Below are positions 1-9,578 of a DNA stretch of 51,176 nt, piece after piece. This stretch comes from an uncultured Erysipelotrichaceae bacterium (lineage in GTDB: Bacteria; Bacillota_I; Bacilli_A; RF39; UBA660), in NCBI GenBank assembly GCA_902767365.1, contig CACXGX010000089.1, positions 1 through 51,176 of the forward strand. The letters run 5' to 3'. Numbering within the stretch: position 1 is the first letter of the stretch; each line of letters begins with the position of its first letter. A program made the position numbers and the translations under genes. The notes under the pieces were generated by a model that did no database searches, was not told the origin of the DNA, and saw only the letters and a program-made list of their open reading frames with translations.

Positions 1-2
1 AA

Positions 3-95
3 GATATAGTGGCATATAAAGAAGTATTTAAAATTTATGATGCTTTACAAAATAAACGTGATAGTTGGAAGAATAAATTATTTAAGGCAGTTTAG
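3..95 (+). CDS. 3' end of an unidentified CDS entering from the left window edge
   Basis: Frame open from window edge to TAG at 93-95 (..KEVFKIYDALQNKRDSWKNKLFKAV*); too short to assign a family. Confidence 0.3.
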   Translation, partial: DIVAYKEVFKIYDALQNKRDSWKNKLFKAV

Positions 96-100
96 TTATT

Positions 101-376
101 ATGAATAATAGTTTAAAAGTTGATGAAAATGGACATATTATAATTGATGAGTCAATGTCAGAAGAATTAAAAGCTAAGATTATGTCATATAATTCATATT
201 GTAATGGTGGAGAAGATGAAGATAGAGAATTATCTGATGAGGAAGTAGATGCTTTCCAAGATGATTATGTAGAAGGCCTTGAAGATTATGATGATGATGA
301 ATCAAGTGAAAATAATATTGAAGAAGTAGCTGCAGACCAAGAAACATTAAATAATTTAAATGATATATTTATGTAG
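101..376 (+). CDS. small highly acidic hypothetical protein (91 aa)
   Basis: ORF track; Asp/Glu-rich (DDYVEGLEDYDDDESSENNIEE); followed by hairpin plus T-run. Confidence 0.5.
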   Translation: MNNSLKVDENGHIIIDESMSEELKAKIMSYNSYCNGGEDEDRELSDEEVDAFQDDYVEGLEDYDDDESSENNIEEVAADQETLNNLNDIFM

Positions 377-383
377 TTTAAAA

Positions 384-410
384 ATATAGGATTATTCCTA
401 TATTTTTTTT
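384..410 (+). terminator. rho-independent terminator
   Basis: ATATAGGA-ttat-TCCTATAT stem followed by a T7 run. Confidence 0.6.
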
Positions 411-484
411 AAATATATTTATTTAAAATATTAGACTTTTGTTATATTGGTTGATATAATAATCATAGAATAGGGAGTGGGGCT

Positions 485-3400
485 ATGTTAATATATATTA
501 TTCATAGTGATAATATATCTACTTTTAGACTACCTAAAGATGTATCTGGAAACTATATGTTAACAGATACTGATTCTAATGGAAAAAATAGAAGTTTGAT
601 AAATATTTCTGCTAGTGGAGGTAAATGGTTCTTTAACTCTAATTATGATGTTAAAATAGTGGAAAATGGTATCCCTTTTGAGCAAAAAGAAGTTATGCCG
701 TATTCTTTCTATGCTTTATATTATTTTGAAAGAGAATATGTTTATTTATATGTTTTACCTAGTTATGAAAATAATTATGTTTTAAGTTCGGTTAATGGTA
801 ATTGTAATTTGTTTGTTGGTAGAGATACATCTTGTGATATAGTGTATGATAACATATATTTATCACCAAAACATATGCAGCTAACTTATGAAAATGGAGT
901 TTGGAAAGCGAATCTTTTAGATGGGAAAGTCCCTTTTTATGTTAATAAAAAAAGTTTTAATGGAAATGCGTTAAATAATTTTGATTGTATCTTTTTGATG
1001 GGTTTAAGAATTGTTTTCTTAAATAATACATTAGTTATTATAGGACCATCTTCTAAATTAGGATTTAATTCTAAGTATCTATATACAAATAATGTTAAAT
1101 TATGTGTAGAAAATAAAAAATCAAAAGAAATTGTTAAAGATTTTTATTCTAAAAATGATTATTTTTATAAATCTCCAATATTTAAAAAGAAATATGATGA
1201 ATATGAGGTAACTATTACGCCACCTGAAGCAAAGCCTGAAAATACAAATGGAAATATTTTTGCTGAAGTTATTCCATCATTATTAATGGGATTAACATCA
1301 TTTGTTTCACTTTATTATGCTTTTGCTAATAAAAATGAACAAAATGAAGAAGCTTTTGTAACCAATATAGTCATGTGTGTTGTATTTTTAATTACAGGAA
1401 TTCTTTGGCCATTTGTTGAAAGAATTGCTTCTAAGATAAGATTAAAAAGAGCACAAATTAATAGAGTTAAAAATTACAAAAAATATTTAGCTAGAAAAGA
1501 AGAAGAATTAAAGACTGCTGTTGATAAAGAAAGAAGTGTTTTATATTTTAATAATATTTCTCTTGAAGAATGTCAAGAAGCTATATTATCAAAAAATGCC
1601 AATTTATATTCTAGAAGTATTGAAAATAGTTACTTTTTGAGATTGAAATGTGGTACTGGTAGAGTAAAATCTTCAGTTAAAATTGATTATTCAAAAGTAG
1701 ATGCTATTGTTCAAGAAGATTCTTTGTATGATGATATAGATAAACTTATAGAAAAGTATAGATATATAGATGATGCTGGTTTTATAGTTAATCTTAGAAA
1801 TACATCTTTGGCAGTTATAAATAGTCAAGAAAAATATGTTAGTTTTATGAATGCTTTGATATTACAACTTGCAAGTTTACATGATTATTTAAGTTTAAAG
1901 TTAGTTGTACTTACAAAGCCTGGTTCATCTTTAAATAATATTAGAAATTTAAGTCATTGTTGGAATAATGATAGATCATTTAGATATTATGCAACAAGTT
2001 TACATGAGGCTGAAGATGTTTCTTCTGAATTGATGAAAGAAATAGCTAAAATGAAAGCTAATGATAAAAATGGGATGATTGATTCTTATTATGTTATTAT
2101 CTCTGATTGTGTAGAAAATTATAAGGGATTAAAAATAATAGATTATGTTGCAAAAAATGGTAAAAATAGTAACATGTTTAGTTTGTTATTATTTGCAGAT
2201 AAAGTTACAAATATTCCAACTGGATGTAATTATTTTATTGATTATAACGAAAATGAGTCTACGTTTTTTAATTCGGAAATGGATGAAAAACAAGTTATTA
2301 AGTTTAAACCTTCTTGTATAAATAGTTCAATAAATTTTGGTAAATGCATTGAAAAATTGTCAAATATTCCAATTAAGTTAAATGCAAACGATGTATCATC
2401 TTCTATGGCTTTACCAACTAAATTTGGATTTTTGGAGATGTATGGAGTAGGTAAGATTGATCAACTTAATGTTTTAGAAAGATGGAAAAATTCTTCTATT
2501 TCTTCAACATTACAAGCTCCTGTTGGCATAGATACAAGTGGAAATATTTTATCTCTTGATTTACATGAAAAAAAACATGGACCACATGGTTTAATTGCAG
2601 GTATGACTGGTTCTGGTAAATCTGAGTTTATTGTTACATACATACTTTCCTTAGCAATTAATTATAGCCCTGATGAAGTTCAATTTGTTTTAATAGACTA
2701 TAAAGGTGGTGGACTTGCTGGGGCATTTGAAAATAGAATGAATAATATAAAACTTCCACATTTAGTTGGTACAATTACAAACTTAGATAAAGCTGAAATG
2801 AATAGAACACTAGTATCTATAAAGAGTGAATTGCAAAGAAGACAAAGGGTTTTTAATGATGCAAAAGAGAAACTTAATACTGGTTCTATTGATATATATA
2901 AATATCAGATGTTGGTAAGAGATGGATCACTTACTGAACCAATGTCACATTTATTTATAATATGTGATGAGTTTGCTGAGTTAAAAGCCCAACAACCGGA
3001 TTTCATGGATGAACTTGTATCAGCTGCTCGTATTGGGCGTTCTTTAGGTGTACATTTAATTCTTGCTACACAAAAACCAAGTGGGGTGGTTGATGATCAA
3101 ATATGGTCAAATGCTAAATTTAAAGTTTGTTGTAAGGTTCAAACTGCTGATGATAGTAATGAAATGTTAAGAAAACCTGATGCTGCTTATATTAAAGAAG
3201 CTGGAAGATTTTATTTACAGGTTGGATATGATGAATACTATGCCCTTGCTCAATCTGGTTATTCAGGTGTTCAATATATTCCTTCTGAAGTAGTTGCTTT
3301 AAATACAGATAATTCTATTTCATTTGTTGATGATAGTGGTAATATTTATAGAAATACTTCTTTAAAGAAAAATAGTAAAGATAATAATGGAGAAGAAAAA

Positions 3401-5041
3401 AAATCTTTGGGAGAAGAATTAGGAAATATTTTAAATTATATTATTAAAATAGCAAAAGATAATAATTATAAAACGCATCAGTTATGGCTTGATAATATAC
3501 CTAAACAATTATATTATGCTGATGTTGTAAAAAAATATCCTGATTTTAAGACAAGTGCATATAATATTAATCCATTAATTGGAGAATTTGATGATCCTGA
3601 AACTCAAAGTCAAGGTTATGTTAGTTTGCAATTAACTGGAGCAGGTAATACAATTATACTTGGTAACGCTGGAGCAGGAAAAACAACACTTTTATCAACT
3701 ATGTTATATTCAACAATAATTAGACACTCAAAAGATGAAATTAATTTTTATATACTTGATTTTGGAGCAGAAAAATTTAATATCTTTAGACAAGCTCCAC
3801 AAGTTGGGGATGTACTAAATATTAATGATACAAACAAAATTTCTTATTTCTTTTATATGATTGAGGGAGAACTACAAAAAAGGCAGAAATACTATTCTGA
3901 ACATGGTGGAGACTTTGTTCTTGATGTTAAAAGTAATAAACCAAAATTTCCTAATATAGTTATTATTATTCATGGATTAGAAGTATTTAAAGAAATGTTT
4001 ATGGATTTGTATGAAACATTATTTTTACCAATAATAAGAATGTCATCAAAAGTAGGTATTGAATTTGTAATTACAGCAGCAACTTCTACTGGAATGGGAT
4101 TGTCTTTAGATTCTAATATAAAACAATATGTTTTATTACATTTGCAGGATGAATCTGATTATACATATCTTATTAAAAATGGACATGTTCCATCTAATAA
4201 TCCTGGTAGAGGTTTAATGGAATTTAATGGTAAACCTGTAGAATTTCAAACTTCTCTTATTTGTGAAGAAATACAACAAAAAGATTATTTAGAAAGCATT
4301 ATTGTTCAATTAAAGAAAATTATGCCAAATCCAGCAAAAAGAGTTCCTGATGTACCTAAGAAAGTTTCGTTATCTGATTATCTATCATCTATTAATAATA
4401 TAAAAGAAGTACCATTAGGAGTTAATATTCTAACAGCTCAAGAAGTAAGAAATGATTTTTCAAGAAAAATTAGTTTATTTTCTTCCGCTTCTTCTAAAAA
4501 TACTGTTAAGTTTTTTGAAAAATATAGTTATATACTTACAAGAATACCAAAATCTAAATTAATAATATTAAATTCTGAAAGTGAAATGAATTTAAGAGTA
4601 GATCAAAATGCAAAATACTATGACAAGAGTTTTGGAGATATTGTTAAATTATTATATAACAACTGTTCTAGAATAAATAATGAACCTAATGAAAATAATT
4701 TTATAATTTTAATTATTGGCTATACAGGATTAAATAATCATCTAAGAGAATTAAAGAAGGAAGATGAATCAATTAGAACTTTAGATGACTTAGTTCTAGT
4801 ATCAACTAATGATAACTTTAAATTCTTGATATATGATAGAGAAAATAATTTTAGCAAGTTATATTATACAGAAATATCTGATCTAATTGATAATACTAAT
4901 GGTATTTGGATTGGTGTAGATTATGATGGTCAAAGTGCATTTGAAATGCAAAATATATCAAATGAAATAAATGCTAGCAATGATATGGTTGTAAAAATAG
5001 ATGATACAGTTGGTCAAATAGTTAAATATCCTATTGTATAG
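485..5041 (+). CDS. essC: type VIIb secretion system ATPase EssC/YukB (FtsK/SpoIIIE family)
   Basis: 1518 aa; FHA-like N-terminus; hydrophobic segments near residues 260-310. Repeated FtsK/SpoIIIE P-loop modules: Walker A GMTGSGKSE and GNAGAGKTT, Walker B-like ICDEFAEL. SD GGGAGTGGGG before the ATG. Confidence 0.9.
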   Translation: MLIYIIHSDNISTFRLPKDVSGNYMLTDTDSNGKNRSLINISASGGKWFFNSNYDVKIVENGIPFEQKEVMPYSFYALYYFEREYVYLYVLPSYENNYVLSSVNGNCNLFVGRDTSCDIVYDNIYLSPKHMQLTYENGVWKANLLDGKVPFYVNKKSFNGNALNNFDCIFLMGLRIVFLNNTLVIIGPSSKLGFNSKYLYTNNVKLCVENKKSKEIVKDFYSKNDYFYKSPIFKKKYDEYEVTITPPEAKPENTNGNIFAEVIPSLLMGLTSFVSLYYAFANKNEQNEEAFVTNIVMCVVFLITGILWPFVERIASKIRLKRAQINRVKNYKKYLARKEEELKTAVDKERSVLYFNNISLEECQEAILSKNANLYSRSIENSYFLRLKCGTGRVKSSVKIDYSKVDAIVQEDSLYDDIDKLIEKYRYIDDAGFIVNLRNTSLAVINSQEKYVSFMNALILQLASLHDYLSLKLVVLTKPGSSLNNIRNLSHCWNNDRSFRYYATSLHEAEDVSSELMKEIAKMKANDKNGMIDSYYVIISDCVENYKGLKIIDYVAKNGKNSNMFSLLLFADKVTNIPTGCNYFIDYNENESTFFNSEMDEKQVIKFKPSCINSSINFGKCIEKLSNIPIKLNANDVSSSMALPTKFGFLEMYGVGKIDQLNVLERWKNSSISSTLQAPVGIDTSGNILSLDLHEKKHGPHGLIAGMTGSGKSEFIVTYILSLAINYSPDEVQFVLIDYKGGGLAGAFENRMNNIKLPHLVGTITNLDKAEMNRTLVSIKSELQRRQRVFNDAKEKLNTGSIDIYKYQMLVRDGSLTEPMSHLFIICDEFAELKAQQPDFMDELVSAARIGRSLGVHLILATQKPSGVVDDQIWSNAKFKVCCKVQTADDSNEMLRKPDAAYIKEAGRFYLQVGYDEYYALAQSGYSGVQYIPSEVVALNTDNSISFVDDSGNIYRNTSLKKNSKDNNGEEKKSLGEELGNILNYIIKIAKDNNYKTHQLWLDNIPKQLYYADVVKKYPDFKTSAYNINPLIGEFDDPETQSQGYVSLQLTGAGNTIILGNAGAGKTTLLSTMLYSTIIRHSKDEINFYILDFGAEKFNIFRQAPQVGDVLNINDTNKISYFFYMIEGELQKRQKYYSEHGGDFVLDVKSNKPKFPNIVIIIHGLEVFKEMFMDLYETLFLPIIRMSSKVGIEFVITAATSTGMGLSLDSNIKQYVLLHLQDESDYTYLIKNGHVPSNNPGRGLMEFNGKPVEFQTSLICEEIQQKDYLESIIVQLKKIMPNPAKRVPDVPKKVSLSDYLSSINNIKEVPLGVNILTAQEVRNDFSRKISLFSSASSKNTVKFFEKYSYILTRIPKSKLIILNSESEMNLRVDQNAKYYDKSFGDIVKLLYNNCSRINNEPNENNFIILIIGYTGLNNHLRELKKEDESIRTLDDLVLVSTNDNFKFLIYDRENNFSKLYYTEISDLIDNTNGIWIGVDYDGQSAFEMQNISNEINASNDMVVKIDDTVGQIVKYPIV

Positions 5042-5051
5042 AGGTGATATT

Positions 5052-5300
5052 ATGGATAAAATTTTGGTTTCTATTTATGTTTTGTCAATAGATGAGAATT
5101 ATGATGTATTATTACCAATCAATTTAAAAATGATGGAAGCTCTTGATTTGATTCAGAATATAATTGTTGAATTGTCTAATAATAATTATGAAAAACATGA
5201 TAATGCGATGTTAATTAATGGAGATTCTTTGGCAATAAATAATGAAAATGTAGTTAGACTTTCTGGATTAACTAATGGATGTAAAGTTATTTTAGTATAG
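5052..5300 (+). CDS. yukD: YukD/EsaB-like ubiquitin-fold T7SS accessory protein
   Basis: About 82 aa. ATG at 5052 follows SD AGAGGTGA that overlaps the essC stop (the track start at 5034 is a TTG). The C-terminus ..LSGLTNGCKVILV resembles the YukD ending; position is directly after essC. Confidence 0.65.
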   Translation: MDKILVSIYVLSIDENYDVLLPINLKMMEALDLIQNIIVELSNNNYEKHDNAMLINGDSLAINNENVVRLSGLTNGCKVILV

Positions 5301-5337
5301 TTGAATGTAAACTTTAAAAAATAGTTTTAATTATTAT

Positions 5338-5365
5338 TGACATTAACATATATGATGTTATAATG
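5338..5365 (+). promoter_or_regulatory. near-consensus sigma-A promoter with extended -10
   Basis: TTGACA (5338-5343), 16-nt spacer, TGtTATAAT (5357-5365); no ORF follows. Confidence 0.55.
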
Positions 5366-5371
5366 ATATTA

Positions 5372-5844
5372 CATAAGCATAGCGAAAACATTAAAAAAAT
5401 GGTTTTGATATAGCTTATTAGGATATTTAAAAGATATTCTATATAGTGATTAATAAATATCTTTTGTGATATTAATTAATTTTCTATTAGGGTATTATAT
5501 GGTATTCTTTATAAAGTAAGATATTCTTGACGTTTCGAATTGTTAGTAGAAATAAATACTTAAAAGTATGAAAGAGTATACTAAACGTTGAACTTCTAAT
5601 CAAAAGTTGGTGGGTGCGCACCTCCTTGATAGAACTGAGTTGTCTATTATTGAGAAACATACGCTTTTTGGGAATATCTGAAAGTGAGAACGAACTCACA
5701 GCTTGTTGTCGCTGAATAAACGCGTAGGGTATTCAAAATAGCGCTACGAATACACCTTTAGAAAAACGATTCTATTTGGAAGTAAAATTTTGAATATGAT
5801 TTATCATTTTTTGGTGCAAGGACGATTACCTTGTGCTTTTTTTT
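5372..5844 (+). ncRNA. candidate ~470-nt non-coding transcript of unknown class
   Basis: Bounded by the 5338 promoter and the 5813-5844 terminator. No + strand ORF with an SD longer than about 7 codons. G+C-enriched core 5605-5760 holds several hairpins and interleaved complementarities. Confidence 0.35.
5813..5844 (+). terminator. rho-independent terminator (+ strand specific)
   Basis: GGTGCAAGG-acgatta-CCTTGTGC stem (two G-U pairs) followed by a T8 run; no A-run on the 5' side, so it is not bidirectional. Confidence 0.6.
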
Positions 5845-6143
5845 GCAAAAAAATAGAATTCTGTTATTTATAATGAATTCTTTAAGTTTTTTTCTTTTAT
5901 TACTTTCTTGTAGTAAATTTCTGTAGTGAATTATATTTTGATTTATTTCTATATTTTTATTAAATAAAAATTTTATTATTTTATCTTTAGATTTATTATT
6001 TTTTAGCATTTTTTCTATTTCACTTGCTTTTTTTAAACTTTTTTCCCAACTTGTGTATAAAATTTTTTGAACTTTCTGATAATAATAAATTTCTTATTTG
6101 CATATATATTTTTCCTTTTTTTGTCTCGTAATTTTTATTAATA

Positions 6144-6833
6144 TTATTCTATAGTGTCAATATTTAAATCTTTTATAATTTCATATTTTACGATTATTTG
6201 TTGATTATTTTTATTAAATTTAATTGTATATGTTCCATCTTTATCATATAAAATATATAAGTATTTTATATGATATTCGTTAGGTTTTAAGTCTTCTTCA
6301 TAGTATAGCGCTTCATCAAAATAACCAGCAACTTCATCTATTTCATTATTATTAGGACCATAAATTGTATAGTAAAAGAGATTTAAACTATGATTTTTTT
6401 CATAATTATTTTTAATACTTACTGGGATTACAATTACATCTTTACCATTATATATAGAATATTTATTTTCTAGTTTAGTAATATAATATTCTTTTTTTAT
6501 AGTTATTTCTAAATCATCAAATTCAAAAGGTGTATCTATTTCGAATTTTTTTATTGGAGTTTTTAATACTTTAATATATGGTGCATCATGAGTACCATTT
6601 TTTTCTTTGAAAAAAAAGTACCATATTCCAAAAGATGTTTCTATTAAAGTAATAAAAGATAATATTCCTAGTGTTAGTACTAACCATTTTGTTGATGGGG
6701 CTTCAATTACTTGATATATAACTCTTGTTTTTATTGGCTCGTTTATCGGTTCATTATTATTTATTTCTTTTTGACAGAAACGACATACTGTATCTTTTTT
6801 TTTGATAATTTTGTTACAATTTGGACATTTCAT
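6144..6833 (-). CDS. zinc-ribbon membrane protein with DUF4352-like extracytoplasmic domain
   Basis: N-terminal CPNC..CRFC zinc ribbon, one TM helix (WLVLTLGILSFITLI), then a beta-rich C-terminal domain; divergent from the bacteriocin ABC transporter. Confidence 0.55.
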   Translation of the reverse strand: MKCPNCNKIIKKKDTVCRFCQKEINNNEPINEPIKTRVIYQVIEAPSTKWLVLTLGILSFITLIETSFGIWYFFFKEKNGTHDAPYIKVLKTPIKKFEIDTPFEFDDLEITIKKEYYITKLENKYSIYNGKDVIVIPVSIKNNYEKNHSLNLFYYTIYGPNNNEIDEVAGYFDEALYYEEDLKPNEYHIKYLYILYDKDGTYTIKFNKNNQQIIVKYEIIKDLNIDTIE

Positions 6834-6955
6834 AACAACACCTCGCTAAATACTATATCATAAAGAGTATTCTTTTTTTTAATAATTTTATTTTTTTAAC
6901 AATTTTTTAGAAAAAATGAAATCAATGAATAATAATCATATTGAGGAGGTGAGTT

Positions 6956-9034
6956 GTGAAAAAGTATGAATGTGTAATCCAAGATGGACCAAAAGACTGT
7001 GGGGTGTGCGCACTTTTAACTATAATTAAAACTCACGGAGGCTTGGTCTCAAAAGAATATTTAAGAACTCTAACTAATACTGATTCTAATGGAGTTAATG
7101 CTTTATCTTTACTAGAAGCTGGTAAGAAAATAGGATTTTCTACTGAAGGGGTAAAAGGAGACGTATTAGATATAGAAGATAAATATCTTCCTTGCATTGC
7201 ACATGTTGTTATTGATAATAAATATAAGCATTTCGTAGTTATTCATAAAATTGATAGACGGAATGGTTATATAATTGTAGCTGATCCATCAAGAGGTATT
7301 TTAAAGATAGATATTGATAAGTTTAGAGCTATTTCTACTAATTATTATTTATTTTTTATACAAAATAAAGTTTTACCAATTATGAAAGATAATAATATGA
7401 TTAAAAATAAAATTCAAAGTTATATTATTGATAATAAAAATATTTTTATATTTATAATTATTTTATCTTTTTTATTTACAATTTTGAATGTTATTATATC
7501 ATTTAATTTTCAATTTATTATTGATAAGGCTATTGGATTAACTTCAATAAAAAATCTATATTTAATATCTTATATTTTTATATTTATTTATTCATTGAAA
7601 ATAATTAGTGAATATATAAGACAAAAATTAATGATTTTTATAAGTCATAAATTAAATTATATATTAATTAGTGACTCAATGAATCATATTTTATCACTTC
7701 CTCATTTGTTTTATAAAAATAGGACTACTGGTGAAATATTATCAAGAATATCTGATTTAGATGAACTTAAAGATATTGTATGCGAGTTTATATTGACCAT
7801 TTTTGTTGATTTAATAATTACAATATTTACTTTAATATCTATATTTAGTATTAATTTTGAACTTTCTATTTATTTTTTACTTATTATTTTAATATATTCA
7901 ATTATTATATTTTTATATAATAGAATCTTGTATGATGATATAAAAAAAATTAAAGAAGAAAATTCAAAAGTAAATTCTATTTTAATTGAATTAATCAATG
8001 CTTCTAATACAATAAAAAGTCTTAATATTTTAGAAAAAGTTAAAGAAGAATTCTCAATTATTTATAATAATTATCTACTTATAAGTTTTAATTTTACAAA
8101 GAAACTAAATAATAAAAATACGATTGATCATATCACAATAAATTTAATATCATTAATTACTTTTGTAATAGGAGGAGGCTTAGTTATTAATGGAAAATTA
8201 AATTTATCTAGCTTGATTACATTTAATAGTATCGTTTTATATAATACATCATCATTAAAAAATATTCTAAATTTCGATATTTTAGTGAAAAAAACTAAAG
8301 TAATAGTTGAAAGAATTAATGAACTATTAAACATTAAAGAAGAAAAAATTCATTTTGACCTTAATCCCTTAAAAAATATAAATGGAGATATAATAATAAA
8401 AAATCTATCATATAAGTATGGAGATAATTATGTAATAAATAATTTAAGTGTTATCTTTAAAAAATCAAGCAAAATATTAATAACAGGAGATTCTGGATGT
8501 GGAAAAAGTACACTTGCGAAAATACTATCAGGTTTCATTAGTGTAGAAAGAAACAAAATATTTATAGGTTCATACGATGTTAATGATATAAATTTATGGA
8601 ATTTAAGAGAAGAAATAACATATGTATCTCAGGATGAATATGTTTTTAATAACACATTATTTGAAAATATGAATATTAAGAAATCTCGTGATAAAAATAA
8701 AATTATTGATGTTTGTAAAATGTTTCTTTTGGAAGATATTACTAATAAAAATAAAAGCGGATATAATATGATTTTAGAAGAAAATGCTAACAATCTAAGC
8801 GGTGGAGAAAGACAAAGAGTAATACTTGCAAGGACATTTTTAAAAAATAGTAGAATTTATATTTTGGATGAGACTTTTAGTGAAATTAATATAGAAAAAG
8901 AAAGAATAATATTAAAAAATATTTTTGAAAAATATAAGGATAGGACAATAATAGTAATATCACATAGATTTGATAATAATGATTTATTTGATAATGTTTA
9001 TAGGATGACTGAAAATGGAATTAAAAGTTTTTAA
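6956..9034 (+). CDS. bacteriocin-processing ABC transporter with N-terminal C39 peptidase domain (LagD/ComA/SunT type)
   Basis: 692 aa. C39 catalytic Cys context QDGPKDCGVCAL and His HFVVIH; 6-TM region; Walker A GDSGCGKST; signature LSGGERQR; Walker B IYILDE. Confidence 0.9.
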   Translation: MKKYECVIQDGPKDCGVCALLTIIKTHGGLVSKEYLRTLTNTDSNGVNALSLLEAGKKIGFSTEGVKGDVLDIEDKYLPCIAHVVIDNKYKHFVVIHKIDRRNGYIIVADPSRGILKIDIDKFRAISTNYYLFFIQNKVLPIMKDNNMIKNKIQSYIIDNKNIFIFIIILSFLFTILNVIISFNFQFIIDKAIGLTSIKNLYLISYIFIFIYSLKIISEYIRQKLMIFISHKLNYILISDSMNHILSLPHLFYKNRTTGEILSRISDLDELKDIVCEFILTIFVDLIITIFTLISIFSINFELSIYFLLIILIYSIIIFLYNRILYDDIKKIKEENSKVNSILIELINASNTIKSLNILEKVKEEFSIIYNNYLLISFNFTKKLNNKNTIDHITINLISLITFVIGGGLVINGKLNLSSLITFNSIVLYNTSSLKNILNFDILVKKTKVIVERINELLNIKEEKIHFDLNPLKNINGDIIIKNLSYKYGDNYVINNLSVIFKKSSKILITGDSGCGKSTLAKILSGFISVERNKIFIGSYDVNDINLWNLREEITYVSQDEYVFNNTLFENMNIKKSRDKNKIIDVCKMFLLEDITNKNKSGYNMILEENANNLSGGERQRVILARTFLKNSRIYILDETFSEINIEKERIILKNIFEKYKDRTIIVISHRFDNNDLFDNVYRMTENGIKSF

Positions 9035-9440
9035 TAAATATATTAAAAATATGGATATTAGTTTAAAGCCTTATATTGCAGTAGTCTCTATTTTTATTTG
9101 TATAATTATACTTATTGTATTTTTTAATAACAGACTAGAAGAATATTATGTAACTGATTCATTAGTTGTAAAAAATGAAGTAAAAATAATTGTTAATTAT
9201 AATGACTTAGAAAAGATTACTAATAATAAAAAATTAAAAATAGAAGGAGACATATTTACTTATAAAGTTGTTAAAATCAATGATTTAGTGATAGATAATA
9301 GTTTTTATAAAGAAGTATTTTTATTAATTGAAAATATTAATGAAAAGTTGCTAATAGATAACAATGTTATTAAATTAAGAATCATTACTGATAAAACGAC
9401 AATAATAAGTTATTTTTGGAAAATAGTAAAGGGGGAATGA
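9015..9440 (+). CDS. short single-TM accessory protein of the bacteriocin exporter (HlyD/LcnD-like role inferred from position)
   Basis: 141 aa; start overlaps the ABC stop by 20 nt; N-terminal TM (AVVSIFICIIILIVFF); function assigned only from operon position. Confidence 0.4.
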   Translation: MELKVFNKYIKNMDISLKPYIAVVSIFICIIILIVFFNNRLEEYYVTDSLVVKNEVKIIVNYNDLEKITNNKKLKIEGDIFTYKVVKINDLVIDNSFYKEVFLLIENINEKLLIDNNVIKLRIITDKTTIISYFWKIVKGE

Positions 9441-9443
9441 AGT

Positions 9444-9578
9444 ATTATAAATGTAAGTAATGATGAACTAAAAGAATTAGATGGAGGGGGATTATCTTTA
9501 TTGGGTGTTGCTGGAATAGTTGCAGGTGCTATATTTTTGATAGGAGTAGTAGATGGAGTTATAGCACTCAAAGAATAA
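9444..9578 (+). CDS. double-glycine-leader class II bacteriocin/peptide precursor (44 aa), not in ORF track
   Basis: Translates to (I/M)INVSNDELKELDGG|GLSLLGVAGIVAGAIFLIGVVDGVIALKE*. Leader hydrophobics fall at -4, -7, -12 and -15 with GG at -2/-1. SD AAGGGGG lies 8-9 nt upstream of ATT 9444. Sits immediately after the C39-ABC and accessory genes. Confidence 0.7.
   Translation: MINVSNDELKELDGGGLSLLGVAGIVAGAIFLIGVVDGVIALKE

Noticed and set aside
5372-5844. Known RNA classes for the orphan transcript: T-box leader, tmRNA, RNase P, SRP RNA, guanidine-II (mini-ykkC; two loops contain ACGA)
   Set aside because: There is no GGGTGGTACCGCG-type T-box sequence and no downstream gene. There is no tRNA-like 3' end/CCA and no tag ORF. 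There is no GAGGAAAGTCC. The ACGA loops are 6-7 nt rather than tetraloops and lie about 120 nt apart. All this is from memory only, so an Infernal scan is still needed.
5487-6009. Minus-strand ORFs 5487-5699 (70 aa) and 5758-6009 (83 aa)
   Set aside because: Neither has an SD. The first runs through the G+C-rich structured core. The second spans the + strand terminator hairpin; its frame stays open upstream of the Met (..YQKVQKILYTSWEKSLKKASEIEK-M..), which suggests at most a decayed gene remnant. Neither is called as a gene.
9438-9440. TGA read as Trp (genetic code 4), which would fuse the 141-aa ORF to the GG-leader peptide
   Set aside because: Long ORFs across the window (1518, 2039, 908, 780 aa) are intact under the standard code with no internal TGA. 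Code 4 is therefore not supported; occasional readthrough remains only a minor alternative.
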